From an uncultured Ectothiorhodospiraceae bacterium (GTDB taxonomy: Bacteria; Pseudomonadota; Gammaproteobacteria; UBA9214): DNA of 64,000 nucleotides. Under the pieces are notes generated by a model. That model did not search any database and had not been told where the DNA came from. It saw only the letters and a list, made by a program, of their open reading frames with translations. A program made the position numbers and the translations under genes. Positions 21,569 to 32,048 of this stretch are shown here, one piece after another. Where the stretch lies: contig CAMYMI010000013.1 in assembly GCA_947259415.1 (NCBI GenBank), forward strand, positions 487 to 64,486, read 5' to 3'. Every line of letters begins with the position of its first letter. Position 1 is the stretch's first letter.

Positions 21569-22009
21569 ATGACGCATGAATATGAACTCGAGCGCTATGC
21601 CGCATACTTCCGTGGCTGGTGCCAGGCCTTTGGTGAACACGAAAGTATTCACAGCGAAGATACGGGCATCTGTTGGTTGCTTCGCGAGGACCAGTCGGGT
21701 TTCATCCTGCCACCACAGCTGATGAAGTCGCTGTACAGAGAAGTATTGAGGAAAAGTGACACACCGATGCTTCAGCTCGGCCCGAAGGGTTGCCACATTG
21801 GCGCATTTCGATACCCGCTGTCCGGAGCAGCGGATCAACAGGGTATCGCTGCAATAAAAGAAACCCTTGAAAACAGTAGCGACTCCTGCCTGTTCATGAC
21901 GTCCCATTTTACCTACGGTACCGGGACAAGAATATTCACCCTAGCAAACAAAAAACCTTTGTCGATTATCTACAAGGAAATCGGACGTATACGTATCCAG
22001 CTGGATTGA
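21569..22009 (+). CDS. Hypothetical protein
   Basis: 146-aa ORF, YFRGWCQAFGEH motif. Confidence 0.7.
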   Translation: MTHEYELERYAAYFRGWCQAFGEHESIHSEDTGICWLLREDQSGFILPPQLMKSLYREVLRKSDTPMLQLGPKGCHIGAFRYPLSGAADQQGIAAIKETLENSSDSCLFMTSHFTYGTGTRIFTLANKKPLSIIYKEIGRIRIQLD

Positions 22010-22134
22010 GATCTGCTGGGAAGGGCATTCGAGAATGCGGCCGTTAGCCGCTAGTTAGTGGTCCGTTAAACTGGGGTAACATCAAAGAGCAATATTCACT
22101 AATATTGGAAGTAATTACTCTCTGGCCCGGGTGA

Positions 22135-22755
22135 TTACCCTGTCATCTGTGAAGTCAGTTTTGCTGTCAGGTCAATCTGCGCGCAGACCAGTTCATACAG
22201 GGTACGATCGTCGAGTACTTCGTCTTTGGAGCACTTCTGGAGCAGGCCGGCAATCCGCGCATCGCGCGCGTCGAGCAAGTCGCCTAGATCCGTCTGATAG
22301 AGTTTCAACAGACTCGCCAGCCAGCGGCGCAGGACGTCCGGTTCTTCCGAAGGGTCAAGTGCATCAATTGCCGCCAGCAGGCTGTTGCGGTCACCCCAGT
22401 CGCTGCCCGTGACCCAGCGATTGGTGATAATCCAGCACAACGGCTGCCCTTCCAGATCCATGGCCAGTGCGGCCAGGTGTGTCCAGCCCTGTCCTTTGCG
22501 GGTAAACAGGTGAAAATGGCCATGTTCCCTGAAATCGGCATCAGCTACGGAATGACTGTGATAATAGCTCCGCCAGCCGTCTTTCCCGAATGCCAGCGCG
22601 GGTTGCGGGTACTTGCCACCCTGGACAAAAGTCGGTAGGTCCCGCAGCAGTTCCAGTACCGGGTTGCTGTGGTGTGCACCCATTTTCTGAATGCAGTCGA
22701 ACAACAGCGCCGCGGGCGGGCATTCGACGGTGCGATGCCTCGCTAGAGGCTGCAT
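22135..22755 (-). CDS. DUF6969-like His-rich protein
   Basis: YYHSH, EHGHFHLF, THLAALAMD..G.P and TNRWVTG motifs. Confidence 0.7.
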   Translation of the reverse strand: MQPLARHRTVECPPAALLFDCIQKMGAHHSNPVLELLRDLPTFVQGGKYPQPALAFGKDGWRSYYHSHSVADADFREHGHFHLFTRKGQGWTHLAALAMDLEGQPLCWIITNRWVTGSDWGDRNSLLAAIDALDPSEEPDVLRRWLASLLKLYQTDLGDLLDARDARIAGLLQKCSKDEVLDDRTLYELVCAQIDLTAKLTSQMTG

Positions 22756-23012
22756 GGCGACTCGTCCTCGGTATTGTCCATATCGTCCAGCGAACAGGGA
22801 TTGTCATCCGTCGAACAATATGAGGCGTCCAGGTCACAGGGGTTTTCGTCTTCTTCGTCGATAATGACAACGGTTGTCTGGCTCCGGGACTGTTCACCGG
22901 GCTGCGCCGGCGCCGGCAGCCGGTGGCGGGTATGGTCTATGGCCACGGCGATCGCTGCGGTGCCCACAAAGGCTCCCATAATCCAGCGATTTCTGCGTCG
23001 AGCGTCTTTCAT
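22743..23012 (-). CDS. Small membrane-anchored acidic protein with xPCxL repeats
   Basis: N-terminal TM segment followed by ENPCDL, DNPCSL and ESPCSL. Confidence 0.65.
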   Translation of the reverse strand: MKDARRRNRWIMGAFVGTAAIAVAIDHTRHRLPAPAQPGEQSRSQTTVVIIDEEDENPCDLDASYCSTDDNPCSLDDMDNTEDESPCSL

Positions 23013-23017
23013 GTGTC

Positions 23018-24211
23018 TTAGTTTACCGCTTTATCAAGACCAAAGCCCTGTCTGAGATATACCCCGATGATGCTGCCGGTGAACCCGCTGGCGAGCCACA
23101 GCCAGCCGTGCAGGCTGCCGGACACCAGGCCGGCCAGCAGACCGCCGATATTGCAGCCGAACGCCAGGCGTGCGCCGTAACCCAGTAACAGGCCTCCGGC
23201 AATGGCGGTGAGAATATCGCGCCTCCTGATCGAATCGGCGGGCGCGAAACGGCCAGCCAGGCCAGCGGCCGCGATGGCACCCAGTATAATGCCGATATCC
23301 ATGATTGACGTGGCGTCGGCAAGCACACTGCGCCCCAGTGCGGTGGCAGCATAGCCGTGGCTCCAATAGCTCCAGCTGCTGATATCACCGCCGAGTGCGG
23401 CCCACAGTTTGGTACCCCAGAGACCAAAGGCGAAGGTGATCGACCAGGGATGATGGGCAACCAGCAGCGTTGCCAGGCTGAGTAGGGCCAGTCCCACTGC
23501 ACCCCATAACACCGGCCACGGCCCGAACACCAGTCGCTGTAACGGGGAGCGCTGCCCTCGGCACCGGGTCAGGGGTTCGTGGTTGCCAAAGCGCCGCCGT
23601 TCGGCGTCGGTGGCCAATTGATAGAGGGTCGCCAATAGCAGTAATTGCAGGGCAAGCGCCAGGGGCCAGCCAAAGCCCTGGAGCAAAGAAACCTGACCCA
23701 GGGAGGGCAGCTGTGCCCACCAGGGCAAATGGACCGAGCCGATAACCGAGCCGATAACAAAAAAGACGAGTGTAACCAGCATTTTTACATGCCCGCCACC
23801 GACGGTGAACAGGGTGCCCGAACCGCAGCCGCCACCCAGCTGCATACCGATGCCGAACAGAAAAGCGCCTACCAGAACAGATATTCCCACCGGTGCGTAG
23901 GCGCCGTGCAGTGATAACCCGGGTACCGCGCCCGAGAGTAACGGAAAAAAGGCCAGCGACACCAGGGCCGCCAGCAACAGCTGGGCGCGGATCGCCGCAC
24001 TACGCCGCTCCCGTATAAAGAGCCGCCAGCCGCCGGCAAATCCAAAGGCGGCGTGAAACAGGCTAAAACCCAGACCGCTGCCGATCAGCAGCAGCAGTAC
24101 CTGGCGGTCTGAGACATCGTGATTGATAAATAACGCCAGGGCCATGATGCCAAGCAAGGCAGGGAAGACCACCCCGGGTTCGTAGCGGGTGACACTTGCT
24201 GGTGCCGACAT
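23018..24211 (-). CDS. YeeE/YedE (TsuA-like) sulfur-compound transporter
   Basis: GAFLFGIGMQLGGGCGSG and GYGARLAFGCNIG. Confidence 0.92.
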   Translation of the reverse strand: MSAPASVTRYEPGVVFPALLGIMALALFINHDVSDRQVLLLLIGSGLGFSLFHAAFGFAGGWRLFIRERRSAAIRAQLLLAALVSLAFFPLLSGAVPGLSLHGAYAPVGISVLVGAFLFGIGMQLGGGCGSGTLFTVGGGHVKMLVTLVFFVIGSVIGSVHLPWWAQLPSLGQVSLLQGFGWPLALALQLLLLATLYQLATDAERRRFGNHEPLTRCRGQRSPLQRLVFGPWPVLWGAVGLALLSLATLLVAHHPWSITFAFGLWGTKLWAALGGDISSWSYWSHGYAATALGRSVLADATSIMDIGIILGAIAAAGLAGRFAPADSIRRRDILTAIAGGLLLGYGARLAFGCNIGGLLAGLVSGSLHGWLWLASGFTGSIIGVYLRQGFGLDKAVN

Positions 24212-24476
24212 AGGCTTGCCTCCTGGTTGGGCAAGGGAACTGGTTCGATGGATAAGTTAAGGAACTAATAACAAAGTATAGACCTTTCAGTGCTAGCGCC
24301 AGAGCAAAATCCGGTGCTGAAATCTTTATGGCATCGCGTTATTTTGTCCAAAGTGTCGGAAAATCGTTAATATACTTGCTCCACTTCCGTAACTGACACT
24401 GGATTCGGCTATCCGGCCGCTGGTTCGACTGATGTTAAGTGTATGTTGGCCATGGTGTGTTCGCGTGCTATCAATC

Positions 24477-24608
24477 GCCGAACTGAAGAACCAAGTTGAA
24501 CGTCAGGTTGCGATGATTTGGGCGCAACATTTGCGACGGGTATTCAACCTCGACATCCTTAAAATAAAGTGGGGCCAGATTCCAGAGATCAGGGCGCCTT
24601 CCCAGTGA
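24477..24608 (+). mobile_element. IS91/ISCR-family transposase fragment 3 (C-terminus)
   Basis: [20 protein letters not shown]...RAPSQ*, resembling the family's MTWAQRLKRVFNIDI...RAPP end. Confidence 0.7.
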
Positions 24609-24855
24609 CCCGGTACCGCACGGTCTTCAACAGCCGCCGGACGTTCTCGGATGGACACCATATCCTTGATTTAGTCGGATGACAGGCTACGACTCAACCC
24701 TGAAGTTCAGCGTCGTACCTTGAGTGACAGAAAGGCAGCGAAAACTGTCATTCCTGTAAATGTCTGCAACTCCTCTGACCCGAGAAATGACATAGAGCGA
24801 CGGGCGGTTATGAAATCGGCGTAGCGGCTCAAGCGCATGCCAATAGTGTGAAAAA

Positions 24856-24869
24856 TTGATCCAGATCAA
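24856..24869. promoter_or_regulatory. FNR-type box
   Basis: Perfect TTGAT-CCAG-ATCAA about 90 bp upstream of the cytochrome c gene. Confidence 0.65.
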
Positions 24870-24956
24870 CACAATCACCATCATAATAAAGACGTGCGAT
24901 CAAGCATCAGGATGGTAAAATAACATCTGGCTAATATTTCCGGATAGGGCGCCCCA

Positions 24957-25349
24957 ATGAGCATTCGAGCCATGCCTCTCGCTGTGTTACTGGTAATCAC
25001 TGCGGGTCTGGCAGCTTGCGATAAAGTAGAGCAGCTTCAATTTCAGAAGGTGACCTTTACGGAAGATGTCTACCCCATCATGCAAAAACATTGTGCAGAA
25101 TGTCACGTGGCCGGACAGCAAGGCGCCGTGGCAAGTGGCTTTCTGATGGAGTCTTACGAGTCGGTAATGAAAGGCTCCCGATTCGGACCGGTCATTGCCC
25201 CGGGCTCTGCCATATCCAGTTCGCTGTATATCATGGTTGCCGGTAAAGCCGACCTGACAATCAGTATGCCGCATGGCAAAGATCCCCTCAGTGCTGAAGA
25301 GATCGAAACCATCCGGGTTTGGATCGAAAATGGTGCCATCGAGAACTGA
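24957..25349 (+). CDS. Monoheme cytochrome c lipoprotein (Planctomycete cytochrome C-like)
   Basis: LAAC lipobox, CAECH, MP distal-ligand motif and I..WI..GA. Confidence 0.85.
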   Translation: MSIRAMPLAVLLVITAGLAACDKVEQLQFQKVTFTEDVYPIMQKHCAECHVAGQQGAVASGFLMESYESVMKGSRFGPVIAPGSAISSSLYIMVAGKADLTISMPHGKDPLSAEEIETIRVWIENGAIEN

Positions 25350-25569
25350 TCCGGGTCTTCTACCCGATACAGGCAAGAACACAAATTGCAGGTTCTCGGC
25401 AAGGCCAGCCCCGACGCAGGTTGGGCCGCTTCTTCAGGAACACGGTATCCCGGAGAGGTTATCCCTGAATTCTCAAAGTGGAGGCAATGTGCTTTCGCGA
25501 CTGGCGAAACCGTTTATTTACAGATATCGTACTGAACACGGTGATACGAACCGTTATTCAGCAGATCCG

Positions 25570-25968
25570 CAACAATCTGGTTATATTATCAGCCTCGTGG
25601 TTGCGGTCTCCAGTCTCAGCTACAACACTTGCGCAATGAATTGACTGAGGAAAAATTGAAAAATAAGATTTTTCGGATTTGAAGCCCTGAAAAATCTCGG
25701 TGAGCTGCAGACAATTGTGGATTTTGGACATTACGAAAAGAACACTGAAATGGGGAGTCCTATCGAGTGCTGGGGTCGAGTCCTGCTAATACGTGATCTG
25801 GCCGATATTATTAAAGGATCCGTGCCTGACAAGGCACAGAAATTATTTGATACATGGCGGTCCAATTGGGAAGGAATAGGAAATGACAAGTCCAGGGTCG
25901 AGCGCATTACAGCTGAAATAATCGAAACCCGCCAGTCGTTTCAAAGCGTGATAAACAGACTTGATTAG
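25570..25968 (+). pseudogene. Frameshifted conserved hypothetical membrane protein
   Basis: IISLVVAVSSLSYNT / RNELTEE / GFEALKNLGELQTIV...WGRVLLIRDL are spread across different frames. Confidence 0.55.
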
Positions 25969-26113
25969 TATTTTCTTATCCTTTGAATTTCTCCCAAAAT
26001 CAAATCCGTTCACACCAATGCATTGCCTGAAGGACCTTTATCCTGCCACATTCATGCCGGTGGTGACCATCATCCAGGCAAGTGCACCCGAGTGGTGTTT
26101 ATGAGTATCCGTC

Positions 26114-26842
26114 ATGAACGATGATCTGCAGCTCGCGGCGCGTGTGCATTACAGCTTTCTGCCAGAACATTACGAAGATGACTGGCTGAATGTGGCGACC
26201 CATTTAATCCCGAAGTCGGTACTGGGGGGTGATTATTGCAGTGTCGTCCCGCTTGGTGAGCAGCGGTTTGCAGCGTGTATCTGTGATGCCGTTGGCCATG
26301 GAGTTGCCTCAGCCCTGTATGCCGCGCGTATTAACACCTTTGTATTGACAAATATCTTGCAGGGCCACGACCCTTGTGAACTGATCAGCGCGCTGAACGA
26401 GTTTCTGTGTCGCCGGCTCGTCGAATCAGGCATGTATGCCTCGTTCTTTGTTGTCTTTCTGGATACCGAATCTATGGAAATCCAGTTTGCCGGTGCCGGG
26501 CATCCCGCTGCGCTGCATCTGTCTACAGAAGAAAACCGGATTAACTGGCTGGATTCAGAAACCACTCTGCTTGGGTTCGAGCACCCGTTACCTGTGGAAT
26601 GTCCCCTGAAAACCAGCCCAATCAGTTCTGGTGACAGGATACTCTTGTATACAGACGGTCTTATAGAGACAAGAAACAGCCGCGGAGTAGAATTCGGCCA
26701 TGCAGGTGTGGAGCGCTATGTGAGTGCAAGTTCACAGGAAGACAACAGGGATTTTGTTAATGGTTTATGTTCTGAGATCCATGACTATAGCAATGGCGCA
26801 ATAAAAGACGACATACTGTGTCTGAGTCTCAAGGTGAAGTAG
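26114..26842 (+). CDS. Stand-alone PP2C/SpoIIE-family phosphatase
   Basis: GGDY, DAVGHG, AGH, YTDGLIE and DD motifs. Confidence 0.92.
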   Translation: MNDDLQLAARVHYSFLPEHYEDDWLNVATHLIPKSVLGGDYCSVVPLGEQRFAACICDAVGHGVASALYAARINTFVLTNILQGHDPCELISALNEFLCRRLVESGMYASFFVVFLDTESMEIQFAGAGHPAALHLSTEENRINWLDSETTLLGFEHPLPVECPLKTSPISSGDRILLYTDGLIETRNSRGVEFGHAGVERYVSASSQEDNRDFVNGLCSEIHDYSNGAIKDDILCLSLKVK

Positions 26843-27173
26843 ACAACGGTATCATCCTTTTTCAATAGTCTGCAGTGATTTTGCACTGTCTCGCTTGTTG
26901 ATGTTTCTGATGGTTGACAGGAGTCCAGATCAAGCCGGTCAAAAGGCGATACCCTGCCCACCGTTAGGGATTTCAGTTAGATAGGGCCTCACCCGGGCAT
27001 TGAAGCGGTCCCGGCAGTTCGTGTAAGAGTATCACTCGCTTGCCTGCGAGGCCTTAAATCAGGCGCTTTATGACGATATCGCCGGGTTTGCAGGGCAGTG
27101 CTTCACAGATGGCATTCTGTTAATGACACCGAACATAAAATAGAATCATGCTGCAGGTAATGTCAGGCAGACA

Positions 27174-28493
27174 GTGATGGGCGATATCCCTCCAAAAGGT
27201 GAAAGACGCGACCCGGCGCGGCAGGATCGCCGCTCGAGTCCCGCTTTGTCCGGGCATTTGGAGTTGCTGGCCAGGATGAGCGGCCACTTTGCCGTCACAA
27301 CTGACATCGAGGAGACCATTCAGAAGGCCCTGGACCTGATCATCCGCTACGTGGGTGCTGAAGCCGGTTCGCTGTTTCTGCTGGAAGCGGATACCGGGAA
27401 ACTGGTTTGCAAGGCCAGTGTCGGTCAGGTTGATATCTGCGGTCTCATGCTCGACGCAGGTCAGGGGATCGTGGGACAGTGTGTATCCGGGAATTGCAGT
27501 CGCATCGTGCGCGAAGTCAGCGAGGATCCGGATTTTGAACCATCGGTGGATGATCTGACCGGTTTTCACACCCGTTCAATACTGTGTACGCCCATGACCG
27601 TTCATGATGCGATGCTGGGTGCCATCGAGCTGGTCAACAAGAAGGATGAAAGCGGGCTGTTCTCCGAACCGGATCTCATGATGCTGCAAACGCTGGCATC
27701 TGCGGCGGCCCTGGCCATCCGCAATGCGCGCATGACAGAGGAACTGGTCAGTCAGGAGCGTCTCAACCGGGAGATCGAGCTCGCCATCGAAATGCAGCGC
27801 AGCCTGTTACCGGTGGCGCAGCCGGCGCCATTCCCGGTGTCGGGGATCAATCTGCCGGTCTACGAGGTGTCCGGTGATTTTTACGATTTCTTCGAAATCG
27901 ACGATGGACGCATCTATTTCAGTCTGGGTGACGTCTCCGGAAAGGGCATGGATGCCGCGTTGCTTATGTCCAAGACCTCCAGCCTGTTTCGCTGCCTGGG
28001 TAAAACCATACACATGCCCGCTGTCCTGCTGGCAACCATCAACAGGGAGCTTTGTGAGACCGCGATCCATGGCATGTTTGTCACCATGGCCTGTGGCATC
28101 CTTGACCCCGCAAGCGGCAAGGTGCAGCTGGCCAATGCCGGCCACGAGCCAGCCCTGCTGCATGATTGCGATGGAAAATTCAGGGCAATGCCTGCCAGTG
28201 CCCCGCCGCTTGGCATACTATATCCTGAAACAGGAGAAACCGGCATTCGGGATGAGACATTCAGGCTCAATGGTGGCACACTCTATATCTTTTCAGATGG
28301 CGTAACCGAGGGTTTTCTCGAAAACGGTGACCCGCTTGGAGTTGATGGCCTTAAAAAGATCATCCGTGAACAGTCTGGAGAAACGGTTACAAGACGTATT
28401 GAGTCCGTGATTTCACGCCTGAGCAGTGCCGGGCAAAAGCGTCGCGACGACATTACTATCCTGGCCGTGGAAGATAGCAGTCAGAATCGATGA
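27174..28493 (+). CDS. GAF + PP2C (RsbU-like) phosphatase
   Basis: GAF with NK..F motif; VSGDFYD, DVSGKG, NAGH, SDGVTE and DDIT. Confidence 0.93.
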   Translation: MMGDIPPKGERRDPARQDRRSSPALSGHLELLARMSGHFAVTTDIEETIQKALDLIIRYVGAEAGSLFLLEADTGKLVCKASVGQVDICGLMLDAGQGIVGQCVSGNCSRIVREVSEDPDFEPSVDDLTGFHTRSILCTPMTVHDAMLGAIELVNKKDESGLFSEPDLMMLQTLASAAALAIRNARMTEELVSQERLNREIELAIEMQRSLLPVAQPAPFPVSGINLPVYEVSGDFYDFFEIDDGRIYFSLGDVSGKGMDAALLMSKTSSLFRCLGKTIHMPAVLLATINRELCETAIHGMFVTMACGILDPASGKVQLANAGHEPALLHDCDGKFRAMPASAPPLGILYPETGETGIRDETFRLNGGTLYIFSDGVTEGFLENGDPLGVDGLKKIIREQSGETVTRRIESVISRLSSAGQKRRDDITILAVEDSSQNR

Positions 28494-28936
28494 GCGATTA
28501 CCAGAGCAAGGAGTCCGAACCGTCGGTCCGGGTCACATTTCCTGCGCAGGCAGGGGAGCTGCAGCGGGTTCGCGAGGTGGTACGCAGGACCTGCGTCGAA
28601 TGCGGGTGTAGTGCCGCCCTGGCCAACGACCTGGTGATCGCTGTCGGCGAGGCCTGCCAGAATGTCGTAAGGCATGCCTATAGGGATGTGGACGATGGCG
28701 AGGCAACCCTTGAAATCTTCTGTCGGGACGGTGCAGTGGAGTTTCGTCTGCATGATAACGCCCCCCCGATGGACAACGAGAAACTCAAGCCGGTATGGCC
28801 GAAGAAAGTCCAGGCCGGGGGACTGGGTGTCTGCCTCATTCACGACATCATGGATGAGGTGGAACATCTTCCTCTTCCGTCAGGTCACGGAAATCTGCTA
28901 CGAATGGTAAAATCCTTCAAGAGAGATCCAGAATGA
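28490..28936 (+). CDS. RsbW/SpoIIAB-like anti-sigma Ser kinase
   Basis: AVGEACQNVVRHAY N-box and GGLG..LI..IMD; overlaps both neighbours by 4 nt. Confidence 0.92.
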   Translation: MSDYQSKESEPSVRVTFPAQAGELQRVREVVRRTCVECGCSAALANDLVIAVGEACQNVVRHAYRDVDDGEATLEIFCRDGAVEFRLHDNAPPMDNEKLKPVWPKKVQAGGLGVCLIHDIMDEVEHLPLPSGHGNLLRMVKSFKRDPE

Positions 28937-29265
28937 CTCATGAGATTATTGAAAAGCAGGGATCGTCGGTGGTCGTGCTGAGGGGAGATGTCGATCTCTC
29001 AAGCTCGCCTGAAGCGCGCAAACTGTTGCTCAGCTGCATCGATGGTAGTGACAGGGTGCTGGTCGACCTCTCGGGTGTGACCTATATCGACAGCTCCGGG
29101 ATCGCGTCGCTGGTAGAGGCCCTGCAGGTATCAAAAAAGAATGGTAAGCAGTTTGCGCTCGCCGCGGCCAGTGAGCCGACTCGACGGGTTTTGGAACTGG
29201 CGCGCCTCGATAAGGTGTTCAAGATGCATGCAACAGTTGAGGAGGGGATCAATGCAGAGGGATAG
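28933..29265 (+). CDS. STAS-domain anti-anti-sigma factor (RsbV/SpoIIAA-like)
   Basis: GDVD, VDLSGVTYIDSSG with the phospho-acceptor Ser. Confidence 0.93.
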   Translation: MTHEIIEKQGSSVVVLRGDVDLSSSPEARKLLLSCIDGSDRVLVDLSGVTYIDSSGIASLVEALQVSKKNGKQFALAAASEPTRRVLELARLDKVFKMHATVEEGINAEG

Positions 29266-29343
29266 AGGCTGCCTACCTTGTTACACATTGCGGTTGTATA
29301 CCTCAAGCTATAAACGCACATCGACTGTAACACCATCCTGATT

Positions 29344-30135
29344 TTGCGTAGATTCATAGAAAAAATCGGCCGGGAGTTTCTCTACCTGCTGGAAAACATC
29401 GGCAGGATGGGATTCTTTTTCTCGACGACCCTGGTCACCATCCTGAAACCGCCTTATACACCGTACCCGGTTGTCCGGCAGATCTATTTCATCGGGGCCC
29501 GCTCGGTGATTGTCATCCTCGTCACCGGCCTGTTCACCGGCATGGTGCTGGGCCTGCAGGGATACCACAACCTCAAAAAGTTTGGTTCCGAGGAGTTGCT
29601 GGGCTCGGCCGTGGCACTCAGCCTCATACAGGAGCTTGGCCCCGTGTTGACGGCACTCATGGTCATTGGCCGTGCCGGCTCTGCCATCTGTGCGGAAATC
29701 GGGATTATGCGTAATTCCGAGCAGATCGATGCACTGGAGTGCATGGCGATCGACCCCTACAAGTTCCTTATTGCCCCCAAGTTTATTGCCGCACTGATCT
29801 CTCTGCCAGCGCTGACCTTCATCTTCAATGTGTTGGGCATTCTGGGTGGTTATCTCGCCGGCGTGGTGTTTCTCGATATCGCCAGTGGCGCCTATTTTCA
29901 GGGCATGTACGATAGCGTTGAGTGGGCGGACATCCGCCTGTGTTTTATCAAGTCCATGATTTTCGGTGTGCTTATCGTCTGGATTGCGTCCTTCAAGGGC
30001 TATTTCCTGCACCTCAACCGGACCGGGGTATTCGGTGCCGAAGGGGTAAGCCGTGTCACCACCGATGCCGTTGTGCTTGCATCGGTGACCATTCTGGTAT
30101 GGGATTACCTGATCGGGTCATTGATACTCTCATGA
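29344..30135 (+). CDS. mlaE: MlaE-family ABC permease
   Basis: ELGPVLTAL..GRAGSA.AEIG.M..EQIDAL..M.IDP and GAEGVS..TT.AVV. Confidence 0.95.
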   Translation: MRRFIEKIGREFLYLLENIGRMGFFFSTTLVTILKPPYTPYPVVRQIYFIGARSVIVILVTGLFTGMVLGLQGYHNLKKFGSEELLGSAVALSLIQELGPVLTALMVIGRAGSAICAEIGIMRNSEQIDALECMAIDPYKFLIAPKFIAALISLPALTFIFNVLGILGGYLAGVVFLDIASGAYFQGMYDSVEWADIRLCFIKSMIFGVLIVWIASFKGYFLHLNRTGVFGAEGVSRVTTDAVVLASVTILVWDYLIGSLILS

Positions 30136-30181
30136 AGAGTTTAGTCAGCAGGACATAATATTTGAAAATACGGGGTTTCTT

Positions 30182-30628
30182 ATGAACAAGATGAATCTCG
30201 AAATGATTGTTGGGCTCTTTATGCTGGCAGGATTTGCCAGTTTCTCCTACATTGCCATCAAGATGGGCGATCTCAGCTTATTCAATGAAGAATCCTATCC
30301 AGTCAGCGCCCGGTTTATCTCCATCAGTGGGCTCAAGGAAGGTGCGGCAGTCGAACTGGCCGGCGTCAAGGTCGGAACGGTATCCGGTATCGAGCTTGAC
30401 GGGGGAGAGTACGAGGCCGTTGTCCAGCTTGACATCAACAAGCAGGTCAGGCTCCAGGAAGACAGCATTGCCTCGATACGTACATCCGGCATTATCGGTG
30501 ATCGCTTTATCAAGCTCACCCCCGGCGGATCGGAAGATTACCTGGGGGCAGGTGATGAAATTGCGGAAACCGAGTCGTCGATCAGTCTGGAGGAATTGGT
30601 CAGCAAGTATATATTCAAAAGCGAATAA
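30182..30628 (+). CDS. mlaD: MCE-domain protein MlaD
   Basis: N-terminal TM, GLK.GA.V.LAGVKVG.V and IRTSGIIGDRFI.L.PGG. Confidence 0.95.
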   Translation: MNKMNLEMIVGLFMLAGFASFSYIAIKMGDLSLFNEESYPVSARFISISGLKEGAAVELAGVKVGTVSGIELDGGEYEAVVQLDINKQVRLQEDSIASIRTSGIIGDRFIKLTPGGSEDYLGAGDEIAETESSISLEELVSKYIFKSE

Positions 30629-30650
30629 CACCCGAAAAAGGGGGAAGCCC

Positions 30651-31415
30651 GTGAAAAAGCTACTACTCCTGTTTTTTCTTCTAGCCTGCCCGCCACTGCT
30701 CATGGCCCAGGACATTGATCCCGTCTCCTCGGGCAGCACAGCGGCCCCCGGGAAAGCGGATACACAGAAAGAGGAAGAAGAGCTGTTTGTCTTTGACGAG
30801 GAAGAAACGCTCGTCGTCTCCGACCCGCTGCAGCCGATCAACCGCGGGATCTTCTGGTTCAATGACAAGCTGTATTTCTATCTGCTCAAACCCGTGGCCA
30901 GGGGATATCGATGGCTTGCACCGGAGCCGATAAGGATCGGGGTGCAGAATTTCTTCTCCAACCTGGCAACACCCATCCGACTGGTAAATTCAGGCCTGCA
31001 GCTCAAGTTCGGGGACGCCGGCAATGAGCTGACCCGGTTTGTCGTTAACTCCACCCTCGGTATCGGTGGACTGTTCGATCCGGCAAAAGAGCATTTCAAT
31101 ATCAGGAAGAAAGACGAGGATACCGGCCAGACACTGGGTCATTACGGCCTGGGACCCGGTATCTACATCGTGTTGCCAGCACTCGGACCTTCCAATATCC
31201 GGGACGGCATCGGCCTGCTGGCGGATTCCTATATGGATCTGACCCGCTATGCGTGGGAGAATCAGGACTATTATGGGGCCAAGATCTTCGATGTCATTAA
31301 CGATCTGTCGATCGACAAGGACACCTATGAAGGGATCAAAAAGGATGCTCTCGATCCTTACCTTTTCATTCGTGATGCCTATATGCAGTATCGCCAGCAC
31401 AAGGTCGAGAACTAG
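30651..31415 (+). CDS. mlaA: MlaA/VacJ outer-membrane lipoprotein
   Basis: DPLQPINR, NFFSNL, RFVVNSTLGIGGLFD, EDTGQTLG.YG and DPY...RDAY.Q. GTG start at 30651. Confidence 0.93.
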   Translation: MKKLLLLFFLLACPPLLMAQDIDPVSSGSTAAPGKADTQKEEEELFVFDEEETLVVSDPLQPINRGIFWFNDKLYFYLLKPVARGYRWLAPEPIRIGVQNFFSNLATPIRLVNSGLQLKFGDAGNELTRFVVNSTLGIGGLFDPAKEHFNIRKKDEDTGQTLGHYGLGPGIYIVLPALGPSNIRDGIGLLADSYMDLTRYAWENQDYYGAKIFDVINDLSIDKDTYEGIKKDALDPYLFIRDAYMQYRQHKVEN

Positions 31416-31427
31416 GTGAAAGAGGTA

Positions 31428-32033
31428 ATGAAAATGTTGAAACGTCTATCCTTGATAATCATGTTGAGTGCCGTCATGGCAATGCCGGGACTGGCGTCCG
31501 CAGATCCCGCACCCATCGAATCCGTGCGTATAGCCGTGAATGCCATTCTTGACATACTCAAGAACCAGGAGCTCGATAAAGCGGTAAAGCGCGACAGGAT
31601 GCGTGAAGTCATCGACGCGCGTTTCGATTTTCGTGCCATGTCCCAGAGCACGCTGGCGACCAACTGGAAAAAGGCATCAAAGGATGAGCAACAGCAATTC
31701 GTAAAACTCTTCGGCAAGCTCATTCAGAATACCTATATCGGACAGGTAGAGGCCTATACCAACGAAGAAGTGACCTATCCATCCGAAAAGATAAAGGGTA
31801 AACGTGCCGTTGTGGATACCCTGATCATCACCAGCACCGCGGAAATCCCTGTAAATTACAAGTTATACCTGAAGAAAAACCAATGGCGGGTCTATGACGT
31901 GATCATCGAGGGGGTCAGTCTGATCAGCAACTACCGCAGCACCTATCAGGAGATTGTGAAAAAGGAGGGTTTCTCCGGCTTGCTCGCCAGGATGGAGGCG
32001 AAGATCGACGAGATAAGCAATCCTCCTTCCTGA
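31428..32033 (+). CDS. mlaC: MlaC periplasmic lipid-binding protein
   Basis: Signal peptide, FDF..M, W...YDVIIEGVSLISNYRS. Confidence 0.93.
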   Translation: MKMLKRLSLIIMLSAVMAMPGLASADPAPIESVRIAVNAILDILKNQELDKAVKRDRMREVIDARFDFRAMSQSTLATNWKKASKDEQQQFVKLFGKLIQNTYIGQVEAYTNEEVTYPSEKIKGKRAVVDTLIITSTAEIPVNYKLYLKKNQWRVYDVIIEGVSLISNYRSTYQEIVKKEGFSGLLARMEAKIDEISNPPS

Positions 32034-32048
32034 CGCGACTCGTCGCTC

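Noticed and set aside
30207-30650. N-terminal extension of MlaA given in the ORF track
   Set aside because: It overlaps mlaD in another frame; the signal peptide starts at GTG 30651.
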